Positions 9,421-19,120 of a stretch of 64,000 nt of DNA are shown in pieces. The notes beneath the pieces are model-generated. The model did not search any database, was not told where the DNA came from, and saw nothing but the letters and a program-made list of their open reading frames with translations. The position numbers and the translations under genes were made by a program. The stretch's first letter is position 1; each line of letters opens with the position of its first letter. This stretch comes from an uncultured Gemmatimonadaceae bacterium (lineage in GTDB: Bacteria; Gemmatimonadota; Gemmatimonadetes; Gemmatimonadales; Gemmatimonadaceae), in the NCBI GenBank assembly GCA_963761305.1, contig CAVXGK010000002.1, positions 2,112,001 to 2,176,000 of the forward strand. Direction: 5' to 3'.

Positions 9421-9963
9421 TTAAGAGCCGACCTTGAACGGAATCGTGGCCACGATGGTGCCCCAGGCCACGTGGAGCTCAGGCTTCTTGGCGTCGATTG
9501 AGAGTGTCACCTGTTCCACCGGCGCGCTCGCCTTGGAGACCGTCATCGGCGCTCGGCCGATCTCGAGCTTCGGCAGGTACGGTATGCCCCATTGGTCTGG
9601 CGTGTCGAGTTTGCCGATGAGCAACTGCCAGGTCTTCTCCCCCGGCTCGGTGCTGATCGTGTAGCTGCCGGGCTGGAGATGCACCGCTCCAAAGGTGAGC
9701 GGCTTGTCGGTCGTGATGACCGTCGCCTCGTCGGCACCCGTGCGCCACGGTTGGCCAACCGGCATCATTTGAGATTCCGGGCGCTTCTTCAAGAACGGAC
9801 GACCGTACTGGATCGAGACGGTCGCGCCGTTCACCATCCACGTGGTTTTCTCGTGCGGACTTCCGCCCTGTCCGACGCCCATCGAGACAGTCGTTTGCGC
9901 CGCGGCAACGGACGATAGCGTGACGGACGCGAGGACGGCGAGAATCGAGCGTGAGACTTTCAT
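9421..9963 (-). CDS. DUF2911-domain secreted protein
   Basis: Signal peptide; SP..IQYGRP..WRTGADEAT..QWG. Confidence 0.85.
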   Translation of the reverse strand: MKVSRSILAVLASVTLSSVAAAQTTVSMGVGQGGSPHEKTTWMVNGATVSIQYGRPFLKKRPESQMMPVGQPWRTGADEATVITTDKPLTFGAVHLQPGSYTISTEPGEKTWQLLIGKLDTPDQWGIPYLPKLEIGRAPMTVSKASAPVEQVTLSIDAKKPELHVAWGTIVATIPFKVGS

Positions 9964-10187
9964 GAGGAGCTCCTAAGAAGGCGGCCTCGAGCGGCGGAAA
10001 GCGACCGCGTGGTCCCCAAAATCTATGGCAGAGAATGTCGTTGCAATAAGTCCGTAGTGTGCTGCGTTGGGCAGACGAGGTCTGGCAGCGACCCTCATCC
10101 GGCGGTAACGTCGGGATGGACCGAGCAACTGCCTGGCACGTTCGGACCGAGCGCATACCCACTCAGCGAAATGGCGGAGGCCGATCA

Positions 10188-10646
10188 ATGCATCGCATTC
10201 TGCTCCTCGTTCTCGGCGGCGCGGCCTACACTGCGGCGTCACCGCGAGTTCCGACGCATGCCGACGACGCCTGCGCGCTGCTCACACCAGCGCTGATCGC
10301 CAAGGCGACGAGTCTCACGGTCGGTGACCCCACGCCCGGCAAGCCAATCCCCGGGGTCTTGGCCCGGTGCACCTGGGAGGGGACCAACTCCACGCGAGTC
10401 ATCGTCACTCTTGCCGACGCGAAGCACATGGACATTACCGTGCACGCGACGGAGAAGAGCGGCGGCGATGCCGTCACCGGGATCGGGACCAAGGCGGTCG
10501 GCACGAAAGGCGCTCCGGCGTTCGGTGGCGGCTACATCGTGAGCGTCCTCGATGCGAAGGGCGGGTTCGGAGTCAGCATACTTGGCCCGGGTGGAACGCG
10601 CGACCGCGCCGTCGACCTGGCCAAATTGGTCGAGAGTCGCCGCTAG
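10188..10646 (+). CDS. Secreted hypothetical protein (DUF3558-like)
   Basis: GGAGG RBS; signal peptide; DACALLT..CTW..VTGIGTKA. Confidence 0.6.
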   Translation: MHRILLLVLGGAAYTAASPRVPTHADDACALLTPALIAKATSLTVGDPTPGKPIPGVLARCTWEGTNSTRVIVTLADAKHMDITVHATEKSGGDAVTGIGTKAVGTKGAPAFGGGYIVSVLDAKGGFGVSILGPGGTRDRAVDLAKLVESRR

Positions 10647-10776
10647 GTCGCTTCGCGGCGACGAACGCAACATCGGATCGGTCGTTACGCTGCGGCGTGT
10701 TTTGGCGCTCGTCGTGCGGGCGGCTGTGTGCACCCAACCGCCCGCACGGAATCGTTCGTCTACCTCGTGATGTGTG

Positions 10777-11553
10777 CTACGCCGCCGGCGGTGCGGCAGC
10801 TACGACGGGCGTAGTCGTCACCGGCGCCGGAGCGTTCACCGATGGCGGTGGCGTCGGAGCCGGTGCCGGACTGAGCGCCCGCACCGCCTGCTCTACCCCG
10901 GCGACCGGCCCGCCTCTCGAGTCGACCCGCCGCGCCTTCCTCCACTCGGCCAGCAACCCGCTGTGCGCGACGTCCGCCGAGAGAATCGGGACGACGAAGT
11001 CGTTGAGCGCCTTGAACGCCAGGCGCGCGCGATTCTCGAGGTCCTTGAGCGTTCCGGTGGCGCTGGACCGCTGACCGCGCGCCGCGGCCCGCGTGTCGAT
11101 CGACGTTTTCACCGCGTCGGCCGCGGCGGTGAGGTTCGCGATGAAGTCCTGCGAGAGCCCCGCGTCGATGAACACCTGCGCGTACGGCTGCGCCGCCTCG
11201 GCCATCCCATGCGCGTGGGCGAGCAGACTGACGATGCGGGTGTTCGGACTCGGCATCGTCATCGCTTGGAAGTTGGGGACGGTCCTCAACTTCGCCCGTG
11301 CGACCGATGCGATCGGCTGCATGTGATTCAACCGCAGCGCGAGACGCAACGTGCGCTGCCTCGCGGTCTCTCCGATCGCGTTGACGCGCCCCGCGACTTG
11401 TTGGCCGCCGCTGTCGCCGAGTGCATCGACGATCGCGTCGAGGTCGGCGCGCATTCCCGACTTGTTGATGGTGCCCAACAGAGCGTCGTTGGTGATCAAG
11501 AACGCCTGGATGCGGCGTCCCGTGTTGTAGATCCGTTCTTGTAAACTGTTCAA
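10777..11553 (-). CDS. Alpha-helical hypothetical protein with Pro/Ala-rich tail
   Basis: TTG start behind GGAGG; coding-like codon usage; LLAEWRKARRV near the C-terminus. Confidence 0.7.
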   Translation of the reverse strand: MNSLQERIYNTGRRIQAFLITNDALLGTINKSGMRADLDAIVDALGDSGGQQVAGRVNAIGETARQRTLRLALRLNHMQPIASVARAKLRTVPNFQAMTMPSPNTRIVSLLAHAHGMAEAAQPYAQVFIDAGLSQDFIANLTAAADAVKTSIDTRAAARGQRSSATGTLKDLENRARLAFKALNDFVVPILSADVAHSGLLAEWRKARRVDSRGGPVAGVEQAVRALSPAPAPTPPPSVNAPAPVTTTPVVAAAPPAA

Positions 11554-11799
11554 ATGTCCTCCGACAGATGAGTGATTGGATGAACTGGCGTCGAGCTGTC
11601 TTGCAGCCCTGCTGAACGTGCGGTTCCGAGCAATTGATGCCGTCGCCTGGCCTCCTTGGTTGTCGTTTCGGCGAGTTGATGCTCGCTCGAGACGCGTCGA
11701 CGTCGTCTTCACGAGCTCCAACGTGAGCGGTTCATGTGGCGATGGTGTGGCACCTCCGTGTGATGGGTGTTGAGATCGGCGCGATGCGAGACGGTTCCG

Positions 11800-11948
11800 C
11801 GCCGAGTGAACGGCGGACTCCGTCGAGTGAACGACGAACGACCGTCGAGTGAACGACGGAAGACCGTCGAGCGAACGATGAACGCCGTCGAGTGAACGGT
11901 GAACACGGTTGAGTGAATGCGTGCGACGGTCGAACGAGTGCGTCGACC
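11800..11948. repeat. Degenerate 21-22-bp tandem repeat, about 7 units
   Basis: Units begin cgtcgagtgaacg-like at 11800, 11821, 11843, 11865, 11886, 11907 and 11928. Confidence 0.8.
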
Positions 11949-12133
11949 TCGAGAACGCCGCGTCACCGCTCGCGAATGGTCGCGGAGCGGCGAGTGGTGC
12001 CCGGTACGTCCACGCCTGGTCGGCGGAGCCGGCGGCGCGCGTCGCCCTACGTAGTGGTCTAGGATCTGAACGGCGAGGAATGGCCGTTCGCGCTTCGGCG
12101 CCGAGAGGGGGCGAGAACTTCGCGACACGCGCC

Positions 12134-12588
12134 CCTCTACTTATGTCTTATCGCCGGACCGCGTTTCGGGTCAAGGCAAATTTTGCCGGCTGTAAAAGCC
12201 TCATTGAAGAACTTTACCACGCCGAGCCCGGTCATATTGACTCACATTGGCTGGCAGCCGAGCCGACACGACGGCGAAGTTCGGCGATTCGCGGGCGCTC
12301 TCTCCTAGACGGTTTAGGCAACATCGTGTGCTGCGGATCTTTGCCTAGTCGATCTAGGAGAGCTTTTTTTCTGCCCGACGTTATCCGTCGCCAGACGGAC
12401 TTAACTGCCCGCATCGCCGAGCCGCCGCTGGCAACCGAGGCGTCATTCTCGCGGGCCCCTGATCTTCTAAACGTTCAATTGAACGACTTTATACGCAGCC
12501 ATGACGCTCGCCTGACGCGTATAACCGTTTACGACGGTTAGGGGATACCCCGAAACCGCGGTCGGCGGATAAGTAATAAGTAGAGAGG
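12134..12588. repeat. Imperfect ~40-bp inverted repeat pair bracketing a non-coding segment
   Basis: 12134-12170 cctctacttatgtcttatcgccggaccgcgtttcggg versus reverse complement of 12549-12588 cctctctacttattacttatccgccgaccgcggtttcggg. Confidence 0.75.
12300..12370 (+). terminator. Long hairpin followed by T7 (intrinsic terminator-like)
   Basis: ctctcctaga/tctaggagag and taggcaa/ttgccta stems; T run at 12364-12370. Confidence 0.55.
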
Positions 12589-12716
12589 CTCGAGTCACCG
12601 AAGTCGGAGGGTGTGGAGGGGGCGATCACGACGGTGGATCCCCCGCGCGCTTCTCTCTTCCCGATCTAGAACTGTCGCGGTAGTCTCTCTTTTTTCACCC
12701 ACCCAGGAGAGACCCT

Positions 12717-13055
12717 GTGCAGGTCGCCGAACTGCTCCCCGGCACCCTCGACGTGCTGGTCCTCAAAGCCGTCTCGCTCGGGCCGCTGCACGGGTACGGC
12801 ATTCTTCTTCGGATCGAGACGATCTCGAAGGGATGCTTCGCGCTCAAACAGGGGACGGTCTACCCTGCCCTCTATCGGCTCGAGGATCGTGGGCTGCTCA
12901 AATCCGAGTGGGGGGAGTCGGAGAACAACCGGCGCGCGAAGTTCTACTCGCTTACGGCGGCGGGACGGAAGGAATTGACCGATGGGAAGAACCGGTGGCA
13001 CGACGTCATAGCCGGCATGACCGCCGCGCTGCGGGCGACGAGGGAGTCGTTGTGA
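12717..13055 (+). CDS. PadR-family transcriptional regulator (Acidobacteria-type)
   Basis: GTG start with AGGAG RBS; GTLDVLVLK..LHGYGI..GTVYPALYRLE..WGESENNRRAKFYSLT. Confidence 0.92.
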   Translation: MQVAELLPGTLDVLVLKAVSLGPLHGYGILLRIETISKGCFALKQGTVYPALYRLEDRGLLKSEWGESENNRRAKFYSLTAAGRKELTDGKNRWHDVIAGMTAALRATRESL

Positions 13056-13161
13056 GGCGGCACGTCGGATCGCGAACCGTGGTCGTGCGTGGTCAGTCCG
13101 CTCTTACGGCGACGAGCGATGAACGGCGAGGCCGGTATCGAGGATCCAGTGCCGGGATGGG

Positions 13162-13922
13162 ATGACCGATCGTCGCCTGTTGGTGGTTGAGCTCGCCTTT
13201 TCGTTGCAAGTACTTCCCGGCGGCGTACTCGGTGCCCAGTCCGCCGCGATACGTGGCACGGTTGTGGGTAGAGTGACAAGCGATTCCGCCGGCGCTCATG
13301 GAGTCGAAAGCGCTGAGATCGCAATTCCCCAGATCAGCGTTTCGGTGCGAACGAGCTCGATGGGGGAATACCGGATCCAGCTTCCGCCGGGCCGCTATGT
13401 CGTCACGGCCCGACTGCCCGGCTTCCGAGCCCTGAGTGACTCCGTGACGGTCAGCGCCTCCAGCGACGCGCGCCTGGATTTCGTGCTGGATCAGCGCGTC
13501 GTGCGACTCGACTCTATGGTCACACGCGCGGAGCAGGCGGCTCCCAGAGGTTCTTGAGAGTCGGCTCAACGGGATTCGTTTCTTCCATCCACCGATAGCT
13601 GGTCCTGACGCGATGTGGGCCGTCGGCACACGAGCGCCCCGCGGTCAAGAGTGCGGCGTCCTTTTGAGGTGCACGAGGCCGGACGGTACGCCCGTTCACC
13701 ATTCGAACGAGTTCCGCGATCTGTGCTACTCGAACGTGTACGTGGACGGCGTTCTGATTTACGACGCAGCGAAAATGACGTCGGTGGTACCGCCTGACCT
13801 GGCGCAGCTCAACGTCGCAACTATTGCCGGAGTTGAATTCTACGCCTCCGAGGCCTCAACGCCTGTCCAGTTCACAGCGAGCCCCTGCGGCGTACTCGCG
13901 ATCGTGGACGAGGGAGAAATAA
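13162..13922 (+). pseudogene. Disrupted carboxypeptidase-regulatory-like plus TonB plug-like gene
   Basis: N-part 13162-13557 (GEYRIQLPPGRYVVTARLPGF) stops early; plug part VYVDGV..IAGVEFY..CGVL lies in another frame; removing one G at 13904 restores the family ending IWTREK-stop. Confidence 0.7.
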
Positions 13923-13991
13923 GACTGACGATCATCCGCGTGGCCACCTGCTTCAGTTTTTGAACGTGAGCGCACCCGGCGCTAACTTGAG

Positions 13992-14098
13992 ATCGCCGTG
14001 GCGTGGTTGCCCTGTGGAAGGTCGGAGCGGTGGGTTCGATTCCCACGAACCATCCTGGGCTCCGGAACCGCAAGCCGGGTTCGACTCCCGGACGGCAT
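13992..14098 (+). ncRNA. tRNA-like element with two canonical T-arms (not a complete tRNA)
   Basis: GTGGG-TTCGATT-CCCAC (14030-14046) and CCGGG-TTCGACT-CCCGG (14075-14091), each followed by an acceptor-like strand; no CCA, no full cloverleaf. Confidence 0.5.
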
Positions 14099-14174
14099 TT
14101 TACGCGGGCGACGAGAACGAGGATACCGAACGTCGCGACGGTCGGGCAATTGAAGAGAACGGGCGGAGGCAGGC

Positions 14175-14798
14175 ATGCGCGATTGGCGAGGACTCATCGC
14201 TGTCGTCGCGACCGTGGCGCTGGTGGCTGGATGTCAACGAGAGCATCTGGTGCAGCCAGGGACGGGACCGACGGCTCAGGCAGCACCACCGCTCGCGAAC
14301 GAGGACATCTCCGCGATTTACGCGGCAAGGCACGTTTCGCCCATTCCCGCTACCGAGAGTGACATTCAGGAAGCGCGCGCGCACCCGCTCCCGCTCCCCA
14401 AGTCGGTTGATGTGGCGACCGCCGTGGTCCTGATGCCCAGGCTGCCTGTCCCCGACGCGGCAGCCGTCGTGCTTCGGCGTCCGAGTTTGTGGCCCGCCAG
14501 CGTGATCATGCTCCAAGAGGACAGCCTCTCAGTCGGCGCGTTCGAGTCCGCCCTGTTTGCGCTCTCGAACGAAGTCACACGGGGCGGCGGAGTCGAAGCG
14601 CCCTCGACCACGCAAGTGTTGCAGATTCGCGGTCAGGAACTCCCGACGGGAAGCAACGCCGCCGGGCGCAACATGGACCAATGGATTCTCGACAGGTTGA
14701 AACAGGCTCCGAGACGCACCGTCGCAGGCGTCGGCGCGTATCGGGCGGTTCTGCTGCACATTGGAGCGTTCACCGCCGCAAAACCGGACAGCCGATAG
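14175..14798 (+). CDS. Hypothetical lipoprotein
   Basis: GGAGG RBS; lipobox VAGC. Confidence 0.6.
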   Translation: MRDWRGLIAVVATVALVAGCQREHLVQPGTGPTAQAAPPLANEDISAIYAARHVSPIPATESDIQEARAHPLPLPKSVDVATAVVLMPRLPVPDAAAVVLRRPSLWPASVIMLQEDSLSVGAFESALFALSNEVTRGGGVEAPSTTQVLQIRGQELPTGSNAAGRNMDQWILDRLKQAPRRTVAGVGAYRAVLLHIGAFTAAKPDSR

Positions 14799-15049
14799 CC
14801 GCGAGTGACTCGAACCTCTCAAGAGTTGGAGCCTCCGACAATCCCGGGGCGATTCAGGGTGTGCACGCGAAAATGATTGCATACCACACCTCCTTGGACT
14901 GCCGTTACCAATCGCCTGCGGAGTAGCCGGAGGCGTGGTGGAGGTATTGTCGCTTGGTTCTGGTACCAACGTTGACCGCCCTCGGGGCTTTACTCGCCCG
15001 TGTCGTCGACCGTCTTGATGCTCACTCAAAGAGTGTTCGCTACTCGCTG

Positions 15050-15949
15050 ATGGGGCATGGGGCCGCGCCTGGGGCGCTGGCGCTCCTCGTGTTCGTCGCC
15101 GCCAGTGCCGCTGCGCAGCATGTCCGAATCCGCGTCACGGATGACGTGGACGACGCTCCAATCCCGAATGCTGTCATCAGTGTGCTCAACGACGGCAAGT
15201 CGCTCCGCGCTGACGACGCAGGCGTGATCGTCGTCGCGGTCGCCCATTCCGGTCCGAACGTATTCACCATTCGGAGGCTCGGCTACCGTCCCATTACCAC
15301 CACGCTCGACGTGCCGGCTCACGACACGGTGAAAGTGCACGTCGTGATGAGCGCGGCATCTGCAGCGCTGGACACCGTGAGTGTCACCGCGCGCAGCATG
15401 GCTTCGCAATTCAGCGCATTTGAAGCGCGCCGACTGCGCAACTCGGGCGGCCGCTTCATCACGCGGGAACAGATTGATTCACAACGGCCGATCGAGACGG
15501 CCGATCTCTTGCGCCTAATACCCGGGTTTCGCGTCGTGCGGCCGTCGAACGGGGGCGACCCGCTCATCGAGTCGACCCGGGGCAAGACGAGCCCAGGCGC
15601 CATGGGTATGCTCGGCACGGAGCTGCAAGGTTCGGTACCGTGTCATCCGCGAATCGGCGTGGACGGTGCCGTGTACGGGGTGGACTTTCCAATCGACGAG
15701 ATCGAGCCGTTGAAGATTTACGGCATCGAGATCTATGATGGCGCGGCCACTCTACCTCCGGAATACATCACCGGTGTCGCGGTTGGTGGTTCATGCGGCC
15801 TGATCATGATCTGGACGCGGACGGGTGGCGGCGAACACCCGAAGCCGCCGCCGGGCGACGGGACGCGCCTGATGACTAAACGACTCGATCGCGAATCACG
15901 TTCCTGGCTTCGGGCAGGTTCTACGTCGACGAGGCGCGAAACCTCGTGA
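15050..15949 (+). CDS. Carboxypeptidase-regulatory-like plus TonB plug-like protein without barrel
   Basis: Signal ending AAAQ; IRRLGY; FEARR..GRFITREQI; GIEIYDG..LPPEY..CGLIMIWT; start position uncertain. Confidence 0.75.
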   Translation: MGHGAAPGALALLVFVAASAAAQHVRIRVTDDVDDAPIPNAVISVLNDGKSLRADDAGVIVVAVAHSGPNVFTIRRLGYRPITTTLDVPAHDTVKVHVVMSAASAALDTVSVTARSMASQFSAFEARRLRNSGGRFITREQIDSQRPIETADLLRLIPGFRVVRPSNGGDPLIESTRGKTSPGAMGMLGTELQGSVPCHPRIGVDGAVYGVDFPIDEIEPLKIYGIEIYDGAATLPPEYITGVAVGGSCGLIMIWTRTGGGEHPKPPPGDGTRLMTKRLDRESRSWLRAGSTSTRRETS

Positions 15950-15958
15950 GGTGATTGT

Positions 15959-16351
15959 ATGTCCAAGTTGTGTTCATCTTTGATCGTCGTAGCGGTTGGC
16001 GTGGCCCTGGGGTGCGCGTCTGCCACCAGCCCGCGCCCGACACCCGCGAGCATCAGGATTCTCGAGCCAAACCCCTTTCTCATTGACGCAACAGATACGC
16101 GGCTCCTCACAGCGAATGTGTTTGATTCGGCAGGCGTGCTGATCAACGCGCAGGTTCAAATCATCTGGCAAAGCGCCGATACCAGTGCCGCACAAGTCGA
16201 TCAAACGGGCCTGCTCATGGCGCGCCAGTTTGGCTCCACGACGGTCCGAGCGACAGCTGATGCGAATGGCGCACGGGTGCAGGATTCGATCGTCGTCGAC
16301 GTGACGCGGGGAATGGTTACCAACCGGGCACCTGCCGACGAGAGACGTTAG
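15959..16351 (+). CDS. Lipoprotein with Ig-like (Big_2-type) domain
   Basis: Lipobox ALGC; IIWQSADTSAAQVDQTGLL..GSTTVRAT. Confidence 0.7.
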   Translation: MSKLCSSLIVVAVGVALGCASATSPRPTPASIRILEPNPFLIDATDTRLLTANVFDSAGVLINAQVQIIWQSADTSAAQVDQTGLLMARQFGSTTVRATADANGARVQDSIVVDVTRGMVTNRAPADERR

Positions 16352-16538
16352 GCGTCTCTGCGTCCGGCAGCGAGTCCTCTCTCGCGATTCTGCGCTCCGC
16401 ATTGCCTCGGCGGAGGGTCTTCCGCCGCTGCGTCCCATGTCCGCGCCGCGCCCGGCACTACCCGCGCTCTTTCGCAGCATAGGCTCATGGTAGCGTTAAT
16501 TCCCTGACGAGGATTCTGGAGTTTCGCTGCCGCGCACG

Positions 16539-17210
16539 GTGACCTCCTGTCGCAAACTGGCGATGGCATCGTTGGCCCCAATCGCCGCGGTTCTGACTGC
16601 CGCGTCGGGTTGTTCGGGGCCAGCGGAAACGAGCATCGCCCCTTCAGATACGTCGGGCTCGACGCCGTTGGGCCCGCTAATTCCCCTCGCGATCGGCACG
16701 CGGTGGACGTACGACTCGATCGACTCAGTCCTGTTTACGACCGACACGAGTCGCGATCAGTCGATCCACGAGAGGCAATCGTTCGCGGTGATCGCGGACA
16801 CTGTTGCCGCAGATGGTTCCACTTGGGCCGTCTTGGATAGCTCATACGACATCATCGACGGCGGGCCGATTGGGGGTCACACCTATGTGGCCAATCGAAG
16901 CGGCGGGTTATGGTCCTTTGTCCCTTACCCGATATCCCTGTTGTCTCTGGAGTTCCCCTACCCGACGAAAGTCGGCACGAGCGAGAACTTCGGGATCACG
17001 GTCGTGCTCAAAACAGACACGGTCGTCACGGTACCCGCGGGCACCTTTCATTGCGTGCTGTACGCCGAGGCCGGCGACAGCGTCCTTGTGGCGCCCGGCG
17101 TCGGCGTCGTCGCGCGCCTGACGGACAGGACCGGTACCGAGTTCGTATCCGGACAGGTCGTCGAGCGATCCCGCGAATACTTCGTCCTCAAATCGCTGAC
17201 GGTACCATGA
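16539..17210 (+). CDS. Hypothetical lipoprotein
   Basis: Lipobox ASGC; PLAIGTRWTY, VTVPAGTF and APGVGVV motifs; alternative start ATG 16563. Confidence 0.7.
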   Translation: MTSCRKLAMASLAPIAAVLTAASGCSGPAETSIAPSDTSGSTPLGPLIPLAIGTRWTYDSIDSVLFTTDTSRDQSIHERQSFAVIADTVAADGSTWAVLDSSYDIIDGGPIGGHTYVANRSGGLWSFVPYPISLLSLEFPYPTKVGTSENFGITVVLKTDTVVTVPAGTFHCVLYAEAGDSVLVAPGVGVVARLTDRTGTEFVSGQVVERSREYFVLKSLTVP

Positions 17211-17296
17211 GAAGTCCGGTCGTCATGTCTCACACGGCGATCCCGTGGCATGATTAGCATCAGACAGCCACATCTTCCTCACGACAACAACTTCCG

Positions 17297-17512
17297 ATGA
17301 GTCGCGGCATCGTTGCGATACTCGCGTGGCCTGTCGGCATCGTCCTCGCCATCGTGTGTACGGTCACGCTGACTCCGCACTGTAGCGCCTCACCGTGCGA
17401 GCTGCAGCTGGTCCCGACGTGGGTCGTCGTGTCACAGCTCGCTCTCGCGTTTGCCCCCGGGATCGTGGCGACCGTGTGGTGGCGCCGCGGACGGCGCGGA
17501 CCCCCGGAGTAG
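17297..17512 (+). CDS. Small two-TM membrane protein
   Basis: Two hydrophobic helices and a basic C-tail. Confidence 0.5.
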   Translation: MSRGIVAILAWPVGIVLAIVCTVTLTPHCSASPCELQLVPTWVVVSQLALAFAPGIVATVWWRRGRRGPPE

Positions 17513-17537
17513 AGGGCGCAGTGCCACGCTACGACGC

Positions 17538-18068
17538 ATGCGACGATTGATGCGCGGACGCCGAGTCGGTTGTACCGCTGCGCTAGTGTTGCTTCTGGCA
17601 GGGAGTCGGCAGTCGTGGGGGCAGACCCCAGCCCGAGACGCCTTCGCCGCGTTGCGATCGGATTCAGTCGCCTGGCATCGCGTCATCGACTACGTGATTC
17701 GAGCCCTGAGCCCGGAGCTGGTACGCGCCGCGGCAGATACGGCGGCGCAGCCGTGGGATTTGCAGCTACCTCCTGCCGAGCCGCAGCGTCAGCTTCTGGC
17801 GAGGCAGCTCCGAATCATTCTCCGCGCCCGCTCCATCACGGCTGCCGACTCGGTCACTCACCGACTGGAAATCGGCGCGCTCCGAATCGTAAACGATACG
17901 GCTTTGGTTGGAGTTCACATGCAGGAAACTCGGCGCTGTCCTGGCACGACTCGCACGACTGGGTTCGGATGGACCGACACGGTGCGGGTTCGGCGCGATC
18001 CGAAGCAGAAATTCTGGGGAGCGGCATTCTCTCGCATGGCGCTCGCCGGTGATCGAGTCGGCTGCTAG
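17538..18068 (+). CDS. Secreted hypothetical protein
   Basis: Signal-peptide-like N-terminus; co-oriented with neighbours. Confidence 0.5.
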   Translation: MRRLMRGRRVGCTAALVLLLAGSRQSWGQTPARDAFAALRSDSVAWHRVIDYVIRALSPELVRAAADTAAQPWDLQLPPAEPQRQLLARQLRIILRARSITAADSVTHRLEIGALRIVNDTALVGVHMQETRRCPGTTRTTGFGWTDTVRVRRDPKQKFWGAAFSRMALAGDRVGC

Positions 18069-18217
18069 CGTGCGCACCGGGCAACACGTGGCGCCCCCAT
18101 GGCTCGACGCGTCATCCGGCAACGAGTCGTTCTCCCACGATTCTCCCCTCTGTTGTCTCGGCGGAGGGTGCTGCCACGCTCGGTCCCATCGGAGCGGCGT
18201 CCGGATCCGGCGTTGAT

Positions 18218-19055
18218 TCAACGCTCGCGCGTCCACAAAAGCAGAAGGCCGCATTCGTTGGCTGAGCCGCCGAACTCAATCGGTGCCTCCGCCGGGCCTG
18301 CGTAGAACTCAACCGCCGCGTAGTCCGTCGGTAGGATCTTGCTCCAGTCCGGCGGCAAGCGGGGAGTCATCCCCATGTTCGCCTTTATTCCGTCCACCAC
18401 GAACGGCCGGATAACAATTAGGAAATTTGCACCCCGCAAGCGCGCCTCCTTGGCACATCTTGCGAGTAGATACGATGAACTCGGCGCCCAGCGGCGCGGG
18501 CCCAATCATCAATCCGGGCATGTGAGAGATCAACACGTCCGCCATCGTGTGATTGTCGTTCTTCCGCATCTCAGCTTCGGGAATGAAATGCCCGAGGCCC
18601 ATCCGCCGCCTCTCCTCGAAGCCCCGAAGCGCAGGAGAGAGATATTTGACTGCCGAGTCTCTAACCACGACCGTCGGTAGTTGCTGCGCGGCTTCAGTCC
18701 GCACGAGGACAACGGTGACCGGCGCCGTGTCGGCCGGGGAGATCGGCACCATGAACGTCTGCGGCTCGAAGCCGAGCTTTCGCACGCGCACGAGCCCTCC
18801 GCCTTCGGGCAGGAACATCAGGCTCACGGTGCCCGTTCTCGTCGTCATCGCAGTGGTGCCCGACAGCACGTCACGGACCTCTGCGTTTTCGATTGGATTC
18901 CCCGTCTCGGCGTCATACACGCCAAGGAAACGGTACCGGTAGGCGTAGTTCACGGGCTTACCGTGTGCCGTATCGGCGGGTAGTGCTGAGCGACGAGCAC
19001 GTACGCGGTGCCCTAGCGCGCTGACCGCGGCGGCCAAGCTCATCGCGAGCCTCAC
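18218..19055 (-). pseudogene. Frameshifted carboxypeptidase-regulatory-like plus plug-like gene
   Basis: VRKLGF..GFEERRRMGLGHFI..NCYPAV in one frame; VVDGIK..AVEFYAG..CGLLLLWTRER in another; one extra base near 18401. Confidence 0.75.
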
Positions 19056-19120
19056 GAAGACGCTACTCGGTGCGCGCTTCGCGGCGCGAGCCCCGGTGTT
19101 CCTGAGCTGATCGCCCGGGC

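Noticed and set aside
11800..11948. Possible CRISPR array
   Set aside because: Period is only 21-22 bp with degenerate units, no unique spacers of CRISPR length and no cas genes
13992..14098. Canonical tRNA gene or tmRNA
   Set aside because: No complete D-arm and anticodon stem at correct spacing, no CCA, no tag ORF; kept only as tRNA-like
14175..18068. Integron cassette array
   Set aside because: Genes are co-oriented and one GTTAGGC occurs near 16347, but no recurring paired attC structure or integrase was found
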